64,000 nucleotides of DNA, from assembly GCA_050261495.1 (NCBI GenBank), contig JBLNDI010000018.1, positions 386 to 64,385 of the forward strand, given 5' to 3'. The stretch is from Bacillota bacterium (GTDB lineage: Bacteria > Bacillota > Clostridia > Acetivibrionales > DTU013). The position numbers were made by a program, and so were the translations under genes. This document shows, one piece after another, positions 47,481 to 58,516 of this stretch. The notes under the pieces are model-generated. The model was not told where the DNA came from. It did no database searches and worked only from the letters and a program-made list of their open reading frames with translations. Within the stretch, counting starts at the first letter, position 1; each line of letters opens with the position of its first letter.

Positions 47481-48808
47481 TTCATGCCGACTCCCTCGTA
47501 ATAGAAGCCATGGCTTTTTACAAGGTCCGGGTTGCAGGCGTTGCGCAAATCGATAAAAACCCTGTTTTTGACTACGGACTTCAGTTTTTCAAAATCCAGC
47601 CCGGTTAATTCCTTCCATTCCGTGGCCAGGACAATGCAGTCGCTCCCGGCGCAGGCCGAATACGGATCATCGCAATAATTCAGGTCCATCTGCGGATATG
47701 CCTTTTTCACATTATCCATGGCCCTGGGATCATAAACAGAAATCCTGGCTTTATTTTCAAGCAGCGCCGAGAGGATTGTCAGGGAGGGGGATTCGCGGAT
47801 ATCGTCGGTTTCAGGCTTGAAAGAAAGGCCTAATACGGATATCCTGCGCCCTTCCAATCCCCCCAGCGCATTTTTTATTTTTTCGACCATCCTGGTCTTT
47901 TGCCGGTTGTTGACCTCAAGCACGCTTTCAAGCAGCAAGGGTTCGTATCCGAAGTCCCTGCCGAGCCCGGCCAGCACCCTGACATCTTTCGGGAAGCAGC
48001 TTCCGCCGAAGCCGGGGCCGGGGTTGAGAAACCGGCGGCCGATTCTCCTGTCCAGCCCTATCCCCTCTGCGACCTTGTCAACATTTACATTGAGCATCTC
48101 GCATATATTCGCAATCTCATTTATGAAACTTATCTTTGTCGCGAGAAACGCGTTGGAAACGTACTTGATCATCTCCGCCGTTTCGATGTCCGTGACCAGG
48201 ATGGGTATATCAGCGGCTGCCTGCTCACGGTATATTTCTTTCAGCGTATTTGCCGCACGCTCGCTTTCAGCGCCAATGACTATCCTGTCGGGATTGAAAA
48301 AATCATCAACCGCGGATCCTTCCCTCAAGAACTCCGGGTTTGACACCACATCGAAGTCAATGCGGCAGCCTGGCTCTTTTTCCCTCTCGTTCAATATTTT
48401 CCTGATTTCATTCTTGATTCTCCGCCCGGTGCCGACCGGCACGGTGCTTTTTGTCACGATAATTTTATAGCCGGTCATATGGCTTGCCAACTTCCTGGCA
48501 ACTTCGAACACGCGGCTGGTGTCGCACATGTTGTTATCCAGCACCGGCGTGTTGACAGTAATGAAAATTACGTCGGAGAAATCTACCGCATATTTAATGT
48601 CAGTTGTAAAACGAAGCCTTTTCCGTTCCCTGGCGCAGCTGTCCATGAGGCTGTCAAGGCAAGGCTCGTAAATCGGGCAAATTCCTTTTTTCAGGTTTTC
48701 AATTTTTATATGATCATTATCGCAGCACAATACATCCATGCCTTCCGCCGCAAGGCAGGCGCCGGTGACCAGCCCGACGTATCCGCTGCCAATTATTGAT
48801 ATATTCAT
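47477..48808 (-). CDS. ugd: UDP-glucose 6-dehydrogenase
   Basis: [16 protein letters not shown] Rossmann motif and catalytic GGSCFPKD motif. 443 aa. Confidence 0.9.
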   Translation of the reverse strand: MNISIIGSGYVGLVTGACLAAEGMDVLCCDNDHIKIENLKKGICPIYEPCLDSLMDSCARERKRLRFTTDIKYAVDFSDVIFITVNTPVLDNNMCDTSRVFEVARKLASHMTGYKIIVTKSTVPVGTGRRIKNEIRKILNEREKEPGCRIDFDVVSNPEFLREGSAVDDFFNPDRIVIGAESERAANTLKEIYREQAAADIPILVTDIETAEMIKYVSNAFLATKISFINEIANICEMLNVNVDKVAEGIGLDRRIGRRFLNPGPGFGGSCFPKDVRVLAGLGRDFGYEPLLLESVLEVNNRQKTRMVEKIKNALGGLEGRRISVLGLSFKPETDDIRESPSLTILSALLENKARISVYDPRAMDNVKKAYPQMDLNYCDDPYSACAGSDCIVLATEWKELTGLDFEKLKSVVKNRVFIDLRNACNPDLVKSHGFYYEGVGMK

Positions 48809-49935
48809 TCCGGTACCCCCAAAATTCTTGATGCGACTTTTTCCCAGCTAAATTCCTCTTCTGCAAGTTTTCTGCCCTTCATACCCATTTCCACGGCTAC
48901 ATCCGGGTTGTCCAGGAGCCTTATGATTTCTCCGGCCATGACATTGGGATTGTTATATTCATCGATTGCGACGCCGTTGCCAAAACCGTTTACGACCTCG
49001 GCATTGCCGCCCCTGTTTGTAGTTATTATGGGAAGACCGGCAGCCATGGCTTCGTAGTGGACTCTTGCCAGCGGCTCATTCCATTGCGACGCGCAGACAA
49101 AGATATCCCCCATGCAATAATAACCGGGTATCTCGGACGGAGGCACAAAACCGGTGAAAACAACCGGCCCGGGGAGCTTTTGCGAGAGCGACTTGACATA
49201 ATTCGTGTATTCGTCCGCCTCGCTGCTTCCGTACCACTTGCTTCCCACTATGACTAGCGCGGTATCCGGATGCCCGGACATTACTTTCTCCATTGCTTTT
49301 ATAAGGATATGAACGCCTTTTTTGACACTGAGCCTTCCAACGTTAAGGACAACTTTGTAATTTTCGATGCCATGCTTGATTTTCATTTCGTGTTTAATCT
49401 TGGCTCCTTCGTCGGTCCAGCCTGGGTGGTATTTATACGGATCGACTCCCGAGTATACTACCCTCATTTTTCCTTCGGCCGACGGGAACCTCTGTATTAC
49501 CGTGTTTGCGATATAGCGGCTGACCGTATTGATAAACTCAGCCTTTTCAATGCATTTCAAAGCGGCTTCATTGGAAATCTTTTCGTGATGAAACATTTCA
49601 TTATGAAGGCTCAGGCTGAATTTAACGTCGGGAAAGCTCTCCGAAAGTCCGTGCAAAAAAAGAGGACGGTTAAAAACGTGTACCAAGTCGTGAGAGCTAT
49701 CAAGCCTGGTCTTCAGGTTTTCGAGATAGACCGGGCCGGATTTGCCGGGCATCCTTACGTACCTTACGTTGTCCCTGGTTTCCTCATCCGGAAGCCCGGG
49801 GTGTTTTATACTGTAAACCGTGATATCATGGCGCTTCGCCAGGTAGGGAACGACGCCGTCGATGTATAATTGAATCGCGCCGCCCGCAACCGGGGGCACG
49901 GGCAGTTTTTCAGTGCAAATCAAGGCAATCTTCAT
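48805..49935 (-). CDS. GT4-family glycosyltransferase (CotSA-like)
   Basis: GT-B fold with C-terminal EPLARVHYEAMAAGLPIITTNRGG (an EX7E-type motif). Located immediately downstream of two cotS-like genes. Confidence 0.8.
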   Translation of the reverse strand: MKIALICTEKLPVPPVAGGAIQLYIDGVVPYLAKRHDITVYSIKHPGLPDEETRDNVRYVRMPGKSGPVYLENLKTRLDSSHDLVHVFNRPLFLHGLSESFPDVKFSLSLHNEMFHHEKISNEAALKCIEKAEFINTVSRYIANTVIQRFPSAEGKMRVVYSGVDPYKYHPGWTDEGAKIKHEMKIKHGIENYKVVLNVGRLSVKKGVHILIKAMEKVMSGHPDTALVIVGSKWYGSSEADEYTNYVKSLSQKLPGPVVFTGFVPPSEIPGYYCMGDIFVCASQWNEPLARVHYEAMAAGLPIITTNRGGNAEVVNGFGNGVAIDEYNNPNVMAGEIIRLLDNPDVAVEMGMKGRKLAEEEFSWEKVASRILGVPE

Positions 49936-50984
49936 TGCTGTTCACTTCCTTTAAGCAGTTTTTCCAGGACTTTTTCCTTCGACATCTCCAGCCTGGCGAT
50001 GTGTTCTATCTCTGAAGATTTAACCGGCTTGCCCTTCTGGAACAAGTTTTTCACCAGGCCGAAAAACCAGTGCGGAAATACCATGTCTATAAATAATACT
50101 TCTGTTTCATCCTTGCTGAGCGGGTTTTTTTCCATGTACCATCCAAGAATTTCCAATATGGTTTCAGCCGACCATTTGCCAGCGTTTTCGGCATTTTTCC
50201 CGATTATTTTCCTTAAGTCCCTGGCCGGCAGGTCAAAAGTCACTCCGTCCAGGTCCAGCACATACACTCCGTCCTTGCCATGAACGGCATTTCCCTTTCC
50301 ATAGTCCTGGTGGCATAATACAATGGAACGGGAGCCTTCGGCGGTCAATGCCGTATATTGCGTGCGGGCCAGGAGATTAATGGCATGGTTGGCCATCATG
50401 ATAATCGGGTCAACGTTTGCCAGGTAAGATGCATGGTAAGGCAGCTCGCTTTTCTTAAGCGAAATTTCCTTCCAGCCGGCCATCCTGTCTCTCATCGATG
50501 CATACTGTTCGGGCCATTTGCCCAGTTTTGTCGATATCCTGGATTGCGGGTCGGGAACGTAGCCCCTTGTAGCCGCGTGGAAATCGGCCAGTCCCTGGAC
50601 AGCAAGCTTTAAATCGGCAGGATTGTTAAAATTCATGTCCTTGCCGTCTATCCATTCGTAGAGCACGAATAACTGCCCGTTGTACTCTGTTATCGGCCGG
50701 TTGCGGATGTTAAGGATGACGCCGGGGACCTTGCCGCCGGAGTTTTTTGCATGGATTTGCGCGTTTACCGAAAATAGGGCCTTGTCGTACGTCTGCTTCA
50801 GACGTTTGAGACAATACCGGTTATTCTTTGCGGCAAGCTTCCATACCGTTTTAATGTCACCGCCCTGTACCAGGGCCAGGTTTTCCGGGACAATCCCGTA
50901 CTCTTTTAATACATCAACTGCAAGAGCGTTTGGATCTATTTTAACGTTATTGGTATTATCGATGCCGGTACTCAAAAAACTCAA
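49932..50984 (-). CDS. CotS-family spore coat protein (kinase-like fold)
   Basis: APH/choline-kinase-like LCHQDYGKGNAV (HxDxxxxN) and VLDLDGVTFD motifs. About 350 aa, as for CotS/YtaA. Confidence 0.8.
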   Translation of the reverse strand: MSFLSTGIDNTNNVKIDPNALAVDVLKEYGIVPENLALVQGGDIKTVWKLAAKNNRYCLKRLKQTYDKALFSVNAQIHAKNSGGKVPGVILNIRNRPITEYNGQLFVLYEWIDGKDMNFNNPADLKLAVQGLADFHAATRGYVPDPQSRISTKLGKWPEQYASMRDRMAGWKEISLKKSELPYHASYLANVDPIIMMANHAINLLARTQYTALTAEGSRSIVLCHQDYGKGNAVHGKDGVYVLDLDGVTFDLPARDLRKIIGKNAENAGKWSAETILEILGWYMEKNPLSKDETEVLFIDMVFPHWFFGLVKNLFQKGKPVKSSEIEHIARLEMSKEKVLEKLLKGSEQQ

Positions 50985-51080
50985 TCCTTTCCAGGTTTTT
51001 TCCCGTGGGTGGTCTTAACTGTTATTTTCAATGGAATAAATCCAATACCGCGGTTGCCCCGCGGAATTTAACTTGTGGAA

Positions 51081-52184
51081 CTAATCGCGCGGCATTATGG
51101 AATTAAACCTTTCCAATACCGGTTCCGCGGTTTTTTCAAGAGCGGCCATTTCCACTATTCTCTGCTTGTATTTTTCGTTGTTCCATTCCTTGTCGCGTTT
51201 GTAATAAAATTTATTGACAGCCCCGACGAAGAGGTGCGGGAACAAGAGATCCAGCCTGACAACCTCCCACTGCGGGGGAGTCAGCGGATTGACTGCCTGG
51301 TAGCTCCCGAGGATGCTTGAGGCCAGTGCCGCATCCCATTTGCCGGCTTTTTTCATTACTTTGTTCAATAATTTCCGGATATCTCTCGCTGCTATGTCGA
51401 TGGTTATGGAATCCGTGTCAAGCACGTATAAATCGCCCGAGGGAGAAATAATGAGATTGCCCGCCGCAAAGTCCTGGTGGCACAGGCATCCGGTCTGCCT
51501 GGCTTCGTTCACCCAGCCGGCGTATTCTTCTCCTCTCAGCAGTTCTACAGCCTTGCACGCACGTTCGTAAAAATGGGGCATTTCTTTCAGGATGACGGCA
51601 TTTACCGCATCATCGGCATGCTCGAGGGTATATTTTTCACTTAATGCTTTTATATCTTCCACCTGCGACGAGTAATCTACTACCCATAACCCGAGATGAT
51701 ATTTCGGCTTTGCTTTTGGCGAAGGCGCAAATCCTTTTGACGCCTTGTGGAAATTTGCAAGGCCGCGTGCGATCATATCCAGTTCCTGGGACGACGAATA
51801 TCTTGGATTCCTGCCTTCTATGGCGTCGGAGAGAATATAGCAGGAGCCCTCTATAATTACGTATTCCTTTCCCTCGGAAGTCAGGTTGATTTTCGGGATA
51901 CGGACGCCGTTTGAGGAAAGATGCCTGATCGCGTCCGTTATAAACCAAAGGGTTTCTTCGGAATACGAGACTTTTTTCAATATTTTATTTCCCTGGCTTG
52001 TTTTTACCCGCCATACCCCTTTTTTTTCCTTGTACGATTCATTTTTTATATCGATGACATTTATGTCGTAGCTGCCAAGTACGGTATCAAGGGGTTCATG
52101 CTCCATCAAAAGCATACCCGCCACCTCTTTCGGTATTTCATGCAACCCGGCAAATTGCCGCATTGCGGCAAACTTATTCAACAC
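51081..52184 (-). CDS. CotS-family spore coat protein (paralogue)
   Basis: LCHQDFAAGNLI and VLDTDSITIDIAARD motifs. Collinear with the neighbouring paralogue. Confidence 0.8.
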   Translation of the reverse strand: MLNKFAAMRQFAGLHEIPKEVAGMLLMEHEPLDTVLGSYDINVIDIKNESYKEKKGVWRVKTSQGNKILKKVSYSEETLWFITDAIRHLSSNGVRIPKINLTSEGKEYVIIEGSCYILSDAIEGRNPRYSSSQELDMIARGLANFHKASKGFAPSPKAKPKYHLGLWVVDYSSQVEDIKALSEKYTLEHADDAVNAVILKEMPHFYERACKAVELLRGEEYAGWVNEARQTGCLCHQDFAAGNLIISPSGDLYVLDTDSITIDIAARDIRKLLNKVMKKAGKWDAALASSILGSYQAVNPLTPPQWEVVRLDLLFPHLFVGAVNKFYYKRDKEWNNEKYKQRIVEMAALEKTAEPVLERFNSIMPRD

Positions 52185-52233
52185 AACCGAAATGAAGCTT
52201 CAGGGGGATATGATCCCCCTGAATCAAGCCCTG

Positions 52234-52473
52234 TTACTCTTCCTGAAGATCAAGCTCAATATCCTCGGCGTTTTCCCAGGAAACCTTGAATGTGACGGAG
52301 CCGCCGCTTTCATCCTCGTCATACTTAACCTTGTAGTCGAATTCCGTGTCGGACGGCAGCGCTACCTGCTTGCCTTCAACTACGAGTTTTCCTGCAAACA
52401 GGTCAGGTATGGCCTTTTTAATGTAATCGGCGAATTCAGCTTTTGATCCTACAAATGATTCCTGATACTTCAT
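52234..52473 (-). CDS. Amphi-Trp domain protein
   Basis: 79-aa acidic protein with ...AEFADYIKK...GKQVALPSDTEFDYKVKYDEDESGGSVTFKVSWE, the amphi-Trp pattern as I recall it. Confidence 0.5.
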   Translation of the reverse strand: MKYQESFVGSKAEFADYIKKAIPDLFAGKLVVEGKQVALPSDTEFDYKVKYDEDESGGSVTFKVSWENAEDIELDLQEE

Positions 52474-52711
52474 GGACTACACCCCTTAATTGTTTTTCTT
52501 TTACATAATATTCTCAGGGTTGATTTTACGTTACATATATCCGGAAAATGTAACCTAAGACATGTGAGACAGGTGACGGTTCCGTGTCTTGTTTCAGGGA
52601 AGACTATTTCAGACAAAGTCCCCAGGCAACAGGACACAGGATCGTCCCTTATCTTAGGGAGTCATCCGTACGTACAGTCCTCTGTCCTGTCCATAATTTG
52701 TTCTTTGCGGA

Positions 52712-52740
52712 TTGAAATTGCAAAAAAGGTCAAGTATAAT
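52712..52740 (+). promoter_or_regulatory. Sigma-A promoter of the lplA-gcv operon
   Basis: TTGAAA (52712-52717), 17-nt spacer, TATAAT (52735-52740). Confidence 0.6.
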
Positions 52741-52834
52741 AATAAAATTAAAATAAATGTAGAATTATTTTAAAATAATTGGATATAGAAACAGACATGA
52801 AACCAGACATGAAGTCGGACTTGGAGGCTTTCTA

Positions 52835-53854
52835 ATGAAATGCGGGACACGTATTATCCGTACCGAATCCGTTGATCCCTGGTGGAATCTCGCGGTGGAA
52901 GAATACCTGCTGGAAAAGGTTGAGCCGGGGCAATGCATCCTCTACCTGTGGCAAAATGAAAATACCGTCGTAATAGGAAGAAATCAAAATCCTTGGCGCG
53001 AATGCAGGGCGGAACTGCTGGAAAAAGAGGGAGGAAAGCTTGCCAGAAGGCTGTCGGGAGGCGGCGCCGTATATCACGACCTTGGAAACCTTAACTTCAC
53101 TTTTATAGCCGGAGAAGGCGCATACGACCAGGACAAGCAAACGGGCGTCATCCTCGATGCCGTGCGCAGGCTTGGGATATTTGCCGAAAAAACGGGAAGA
53201 AACGATATTACAGCCGACGGGCGCAAGTTCTCGGGAAACGCGTTTTGCTTCAGAAAGAACGGAGCTTTTCACCATGGCACGCTTTTGGTTTCCACCGACA
53301 TCGATAAACTTTCCAGGTACCTGCAGGTATCTTCGGAGAAAATGCGTTCAAAAGGCATAAAGTCAATACAGTCAAGGGTTGTAAACCTGTCCGGGCTGAA
53401 ACCCGGCCTTTCTGTCGCGGACATGGCGGACGCCATGGTTGCGTCATTCAGGGAGGCTTACGGGAGCGACGCAGACGTGGAGAACTGCATCCGGGAAGTG
53501 AAGGAAGGCAGGGAAACCCTGGAGGAACTCTACTGCAAATACTCATCATGGTCGTGGCGGTATGGGGAAACGCCACGTTTTGATGTGGACATAGAAACGA
53601 GATTTTCATGGGGCGGCGTCCAGTTGGGATTTAAACTGGAAAAAGGCGCGGTCAAGGAAGCGAAAGCATATTCGGACGCCATGGATGCGGAATTTATTGC
53701 ATTGCTTCCGTGCCTGCTTGCCGGATGTGTTTTTAACTCCGGTCAACTCTCCGAGAGGCTTAGGAAAGCGGCAAAAGAGTGTTTCATGGAAGACGGCGGC
53801 CGCGGGCCGATGATTGAAGAACTGGCAGGGTGGCTGGAAAACAAGGGTTTTTGA
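52835..53854 (+). CDS. lplA: Lipoate--protein ligase A
   Basis: RRLSGGGAVYHDLGNLNF and GRKFSGNA motifs. 339 aa. Confidence 0.9.
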   Translation: MKCGTRIIRTESVDPWWNLAVEEYLLEKVEPGQCILYLWQNENTVVIGRNQNPWRECRAELLEKEGGKLARRLSGGGAVYHDLGNLNFTFIAGEGAYDQDKQTGVILDAVRRLGIFAEKTGRNDITADGRKFSGNAFCFRKNGAFHHGTLLVSTDIDKLSRYLQVSSEKMRSKGIKSIQSRVVNLSGLKPGLSVADMADAMVASFREAYGSDADVENCIREVKEGRETLEELYCKYSSWSWRYGETPRFDVDIETRFSWGGVQLGFKLEKGAVKEAKAYSDAMDAEFIALLPCLLAGCVFNSGQLSERLRKAAKECFMEDGGRGPMIEELAGWLENKGF

Positions 53855-53878
53855 TCAGAATACAGGAGGAAGTTTAAA

Positions 53879-54988
53879 ATGGCGGACCAGGGACGCAAGA
53901 CACCCCTTTATGATTCACACAAAGCGGCAGGAGGGAAAATGATCGACTTCCACGGATGGCTGCTGCCCGTGCAATACGGCGGAATTTTGCAGGAACACGA
54001 GTGTGTCCGGACAAGGGCGGGACTCTTTGACGTATCGCACATGGGGGAGATCGAAGTATCGGGGGAAGACTCCGCCGGGTTCCTCCAGTCGGTCCTGACA
54101 AACGATATCAGTGCGAAACCGGGAAAAGCCGTATATTCACCCATGTGCTACCCCGACGGTGGAACCGTGGACGACCTGATTGTCTATAAGCAGGAGGACA
54201 ACAGGTATTTGCTCGTGGTAAACGCGTCGAATACGGCAAAGGATTTGCAATGGCTTATCGATAATAAAAAAGGACGTGCGGCTATTGCCGACCGGACGGC
54301 GGAATTTGCCCAGCTTGCCATCCAGGGGCCGGAATCCGCCGATATACTGAAACGGCTGGTCGTCCTTGATATTGACAAATTATCCTACTTCCAATACATC
54401 GATAACGTACAGGCGGGAGACGTCACCGTCATGCTGTCGCGCACGGGTTACACCGGTGAAGACGGATTTGAGCTTTATTGCAGGGCGCAGGATGCCCAAA
54501 AACTGTGGGACATGCTCATAGAGGCTGGCAAGTTGCACGGACTGGAGCCGGCAGGCCTGGGAGCGAGGGATACTCTCCGCATGGAAGCGGCGCTGCCGCT
54601 GTATGGGCAGGAGCTGTCGGAAAGCATATCGCCCGTCATGGCCGGGCTGCAAAGGTTTGTAAAACCGGACAAGGGCGAGTTTATCGGCAGGAAGCCGCTG
54701 CTGGACCAGGTGCTGAACGGACCCGGGCGCAAAATCGTCGGACTTGAGATGATCGACAGGGCGGTGCCAAGGAGCGGATACAAAGTATTCCGCGGCGGTG
54801 TGGAAGCGGGTTATGTCACGAGCGGAGGCTTTTTCCCGACACTGAGGAAGAATATGTGCCTTGCGCTTTTGGATACTGCCGCAGCGCACGAGGAGGAAAA
54901 CATTGAAGTGCAGGTCAGGGGCGGGATGTATGCCGCAAAAGAAGCAACACTGCCTTTTTACAAGAGAAAGCCGGCGCCGCGGATATGA
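53879..54988 (+). CDS. gcvT: Glycine cleavage system aminomethyltransferase (T protein)
   Basis: TPLYDSHKAAGGKMIDFHGWLLPVQY and GLFDVSHMGE motifs. Full-length GcvT. Confidence 0.93.
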   Translation: MADQGRKTPLYDSHKAAGGKMIDFHGWLLPVQYGGILQEHECVRTRAGLFDVSHMGEIEVSGEDSAGFLQSVLTNDISAKPGKAVYSPMCYPDGGTVDDLIVYKQEDNRYLLVVNASNTAKDLQWLIDNKKGRAAIADRTAEFAQLAIQGPESADILKRLVVLDIDKLSYFQYIDNVQAGDVTVMLSRTGYTGEDGFELYCRAQDAQKLWDMLIEAGKLHGLEPAGLGARDTLRMEAALPLYGQELSESISPVMAGLQRFVKPDKGEFIGRKPLLDQVLNGPGRKIVGLEMIDRAVPRSGYKVFRGGVEAGYVTSGGFFPTLRKNMCLALLDTAAAHEEENIEVQVRGGMYAAKEATLPFYKRKPAPRI

Positions 54989-55075
54989 CATGTTTATTTT
55001 GACCGACAGTTCAAATAAGGTTGAAGAATAATAATTTGAGATTAAAACAGAACGAATAAAAAAGGAGAGGCTGTT

Positions 55076-55459
55076 ATGAAAACATACGATGGGACGAAAT
55101 ACACGAAAGAGCATGAATGGGCGAGAATTACGGACGGCCTGGTATATGTCGGCATAACGAATTATGCGCAGCTTGCCCTGGGCGACATCGTGTTTGTCGA
55201 ACTGCCAGAACCGGGCAAAAAACTAAAGGCAGGCGAGCAGCTTGGCGTTGTGGAGTCCGTCAAAACAGCTGCGGACGTTTATTCACCCGTTACGGGCATT
55301 GTCGCCAAGGTAAACGGAAAGCTGGCCGATTCCCCGGAATTGCTGAATGAGGAACCTTATGAGAATTGGATTGCGGCTGTTGAGCCGGAAGACATATCGG
55401 AAATGGACGCCTTGATGGATGAGCAGGAATATAACGAGTTTTGCCTGAAGGAGGCCTGA
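55076..55459 (+). CDS. gcvH: Glycine cleavage system H protein
   Basis: YTKEHEW... and the lipoyl-lysine motif VESVKTAADVYSP. Confidence 0.93.
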   Translation: MKTYDGTKYTKEHEWARITDGLVYVGITNYAQLALGDIVFVELPEPGKKLKAGEQLGVVESVKTAADVYSPVTGIVAKVNGKLADSPELLNEEPYENWIAAVEPEDISEMDALMDEQEYNEFCLKEA

Positions 55460-55461
55460 GC

Positions 55462-56817
55462 ATGTCCAGGTACATCCCGAACACGGAGGAAGACAGGGCC
55501 CGGATGATGGCGGTTATAGGCATTTCCGGCATTGACGCGCTGTTTGCCGACATTCCCGAGGATCTGAAGCTCAAAAAGCCCCTGGACTTGCCTGAAAGCA
55601 TGCCGGAGCAGGAACTGGAGGCGCATATGAGGCGCCTTGCGGGTATGAATACGCATTCCGGCAACAGCATATGTTTTCTTGGCGCGGGAGCATATGATCA
55701 TTTTGTTCCTTCAATAGTGAGGCACATAGTATCGAAAACCGAATTTTACACGTCCTATACTCCTTACCAGCCGGAAATCAGCCAGGGAATGCTCCAGGCG
55801 ATTTTCGAATACCAGACTATGATCTGCCGCCTGACAGGGATGGACGTGTCAAACGCGTCGATGTATGACGGGGCCGCCGCCGTGGCGGAGGCTGCCCTGA
55901 TGGCGGCGCGTGCAACGGGCAGGAGCGGTATCGCGGTATCCGCCGGATTGCACCCGGAATACAGGGAAGTATTGAAAACCTATGCGAAATTTAACGGCAT
56001 TGATATAACCGAAGTGGGACTTGACGGGCTGAGGACTGATAAAAACAAGCTTATGGACAGCGTGAGCGGGAGAGCCGCGGTTATCATGCAGAGCCCGAAT
56101 TTTTTCGGGGTGATAGAGGATATCGGCCGTGCAGCTGCAATTGCCGAAAAAAACGGGGCGCTTTCAATAGCCTGTGTCGATCCCGTATCCCTTGCCATAC
56201 TGGAGCCGCCGGGCAGCCTGGGAGCCGATATTGCGGTGGGCGACGGGCAGTCTCTTGGCAATCCCTTGAGCTTCGGGGGACCGTATTTCGGATTCCTGGC
56301 AGCGAAAAAAGAATTGCTCAGGAAAATGCCCGGCAGGATTGTCGGGCAGACAACCGACCGGGACGGCAGGCGAGGCTTCGTCCTTACGCTGCAGGCCAGG
56401 GAACAGCATATAAGAAGGGAAAAGGCAGTGTCCAACATTTGTTCGAACCAGGCGCTGAACGCGCTGGCTGCCACCGCATACCTGTCCGTAATGGGCAATG
56501 AAGGGCTTAAGGAGGTTGCCAACCTGTGTCTTGCAAAATCCCATTATGCCTATGAACAGCTTCTTGCAACGGGAAAATTCGAAGAAGTCGATGATTCGCC
56601 GTTTTTCAAGGAGTTCATGGTAAGGGCGAAGAGTGAAAAGGTCAAGGAAATAAATAAACGCCTGCTGCGCCATGGAATCATGGGAGGGCTGGAGCTTGAG
56701 AGGTATTACCCGGATATGTCAGGCTGCTGGCTTATAGCCGTTACCGAGAAAAGGACGAGGCAGGAGATAGACCTGCTTGTGAAAATAGCTGCCGGAGGTG
56801 GGGAATATGGCGGGTGA
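55462..56817 (+). CDS. gcvPA: Glycine dehydrogenase (aminomethyl-transferring) subunit 1
   Basis: [12 protein letters not shown] start after [17 protein letters not shown] motif. Confidence 0.92.
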   Translation: MSRYIPNTEEDRARMMAVIGISGIDALFADIPEDLKLKKPLDLPESMPEQELEAHMRRLAGMNTHSGNSICFLGAGAYDHFVPSIVRHIVSKTEFYTSYTPYQPEISQGMLQAIFEYQTMICRLTGMDVSNASMYDGAAAVAEAALMAARATGRSGIAVSAGLHPEYREVLKTYAKFNGIDITEVGLDGLRTDKNKLMDSVSGRAAVIMQSPNFFGVIEDIGRAAAIAEKNGALSIACVDPVSLAILEPPGSLGADIAVGDGQSLGNPLSFGGPYFGFLAAKKELLRKMPGRIVGQTTDRDGRRGFVLTLQAREQHIRREKAVSNICSNQALNALAATAYLSVMGNEGLKEVANLCLAKSHYAYEQLLATGKFEEVDDSPFFKEFMVRAKSEKVKEINKRLLRHGIMGGLELERYYPDMSGCWLIAVTEKRTRQEIDLLVKIAAGGGEYGG

Positions 56818-58342
56818 CAGGATAAATGCAAAATTGATATTTGAGATAAGCAGGCCGGGCAGAAAGGCTTACAGCCTGCCCGCATGCGATATCCCGGGAG
56901 CGGCGGCTGCAGTTTCCGAAAGCGGCGCAACGGTGAAATGCGGAGACGACGCTGGTTCTAACGGCCCGGTAAGAACGGCGTGCGGCATGATCCCCGGCGA
57001 GTTTGTCCGAAAGACGGACGCCGGGCTTCCCGAAATAAGCGAAGTCGATGTCGCCAGGCACTTTACAATGCTTTCCCGGCGCAACCACGGGGTGGATTCC
57101 GGGTTTTACCCGCTGGGTTCCTGCACCATGAAATACAACCCCAAAATAAACGAGGATATCGCCAACCTGGACGGTTTTGCCGGGGTACACCCGTACCAGC
57201 AGGAAGAAACGGTACAAGGCTGTCTTCGGATATTATACGAAATGGACAGGATGCTTTCGGAAATCACGGGCATGGAGAGGTTTTCCCTTCAACCGGCGGC
57301 CGGAGCCCATGGCGAGCTTACGGGCCTGATGATTATCGGGGCATATCACAAAAGCCGGGGAGATAACGGGCGCACTAAAATCATCATCCCTGATTCCGCG
57401 CATGGAACCAACCCGGCGTCCGCAGTACTCGCGGGATTTGAGACAATCGAGGTAAAATCGGATGAAAGAGGCGGCGTCGATATTGAAGCGCTGAAGCATG
57501 CCGCCGGGAACGATACGGCCGGGCTGATGCTTACGAATCCAAATACGCTCGGCTTGTTTGAAGAAAATATAAAAGAGATAGCCTCAATTATTCACAATGC
57601 GGGTGGTTTGCTGTACTATGACGGCGCAAACGCCAATGCGATCCTGGGCGTGTGCAGGCCGGGCGACATGGGTTTTGACGTGGTTCACCTGAATCTCCAC
57701 AAAACATTCGGCACGCCCCATGGAGGCGGCGGGCCGGGATCGGGTCCTGTCGGCGTTAAAAAGGAGCTTGTGCCTTTTCTCCCGGTACCGACGGTGGAGA
57801 ATGACAAAGGGTTTTACAGGCTCAATTACAACCACCCGGAATCGATAGGAAGGGTAAAATCATTTTACGGCAATTTCGGAGTTATCCTGAAAGCTTATGC
57901 ATACATCAGGACGATGGGACCTGACGGTCTCAGGCAGGTCGCTGAAAACGCCGTTCTTAACGCCAATTACCTGATGAACCTTGTAAAGGGCTTGTTTGAT
58001 CTGCCGTATGAACGCATTTGCATGCACGAATTCGTGGTATCCGGGAAAAGGCAGGCCGCCAATGGAGTGCGGACCCTTGACATTGCGAAGAGGCTGATTG
58101 ATTTCGGCTATCACCCGCCTACCGTCTATTTTCCGCTTATCGTACCCGAAGCGATGATGATTGAACCTACAGAGACCGAGAGCAAGGAAACATTGGACCG
58201 GTTTGCTGATGCGCTGGCGGCTATCGCCGCGGAAGCGGAACAGGAACCGAACACTGTAAGAAATGCGCCGTACACAACGGTCGTTTCGAGGCTGGATGAA
58301 GTTAAGGCGGCAAGGACACCGGTGCTTAAGTGGGAAGGTTGA
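56807..58342 (+). CDS. gcvPB: Glycine dehydrogenase subunit 2
   Basis: [10 protein letters not shown]..., with the PLP-lysine region [16 protein letters not shown]. It carries a ~30-aa Ala/Gly/Ser-rich N-terminal insertion. Confidence 0.92.
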   Translation: MAGDRINAKLIFEISRPGRKAYSLPACDIPGAAAAVSESGATVKCGDDAGSNGPVRTACGMIPGEFVRKTDAGLPEISEVDVARHFTMLSRRNHGVDSGFYPLGSCTMKYNPKINEDIANLDGFAGVHPYQQEETVQGCLRILYEMDRMLSEITGMERFSLQPAAGAHGELTGLMIIGAYHKSRGDNGRTKIIIPDSAHGTNPASAVLAGFETIEVKSDERGGVDIEALKHAAGNDTAGLMLTNPNTLGLFEENIKEIASIIHNAGGLLYYDGANANAILGVCRPGDMGFDVVHLNLHKTFGTPHGGGGPGSGPVGVKKELVPFLPVPTVENDKGFYRLNYNHPESIGRVKSFYGNFGVILKAYAYIRTMGPDGLRQVAENAVLNANYLMNLVKGLFDLPYERICMHEFVVSGKRQAANGVRTLDIAKRLIDFGYHPPTVYFPLIVPEAMMIEPTETESKETLDRFADALAAIAAEAEQEPNTVRNAPYTTVVSRLDEVKAARTPVLKWEG

Positions 58343-58516
58343 TAGCATGATAAGATATCACAATTGATCATTTAGCATGGTCTCCTTGCCTTTCCGGGTT
58401 TAACGCCATAGACCATCGGCTATAGGCAATAGCCCATAGCCAATAGTCCTCAACCCAAATATTCATCCTTTGTTGATTAATTTCATGGTTTTTCCTGTCC
58501 GCCGCGGCTGATTAAC

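Noticed and set aside
52797-52835. 12-codon uORF (MKPDMKSDLEAF) ending in TAATG at the lplA start, built on a tandem CAGACATGAA repeat (52792-52801 and 52804-52813)
   Set aside because: There is no SD in front of its ATG, and the lplA SD lies inside it. The direct repeat is real, but the coding interpretation is unsupported.
52474-53878. Expected glycine riboswitch upstream of the gcv operon
   Set aside because: The operon starts with lplA from a TTGAAA-17-TATAAT promoter. The ~95-nt leader is AT-rich and lacks the GGAGAG...CACCG/CUCUGGAGAG aptamer cores. The lplA-gcvT gap is only 24 nt.
58380-58460. ATAG-rich quasi-repeats (ccatagacc, ctataggc, aatagccc, atagcc, aatagtcc) between gcvPB and abfA as a possible repeat array or CRISPR
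   Set aside because: The units are 6-9 nt, irregular, and have no spacers of constant length. More likely this is a weak convergent-terminator region (GGCTAT...ATAGCC stem).
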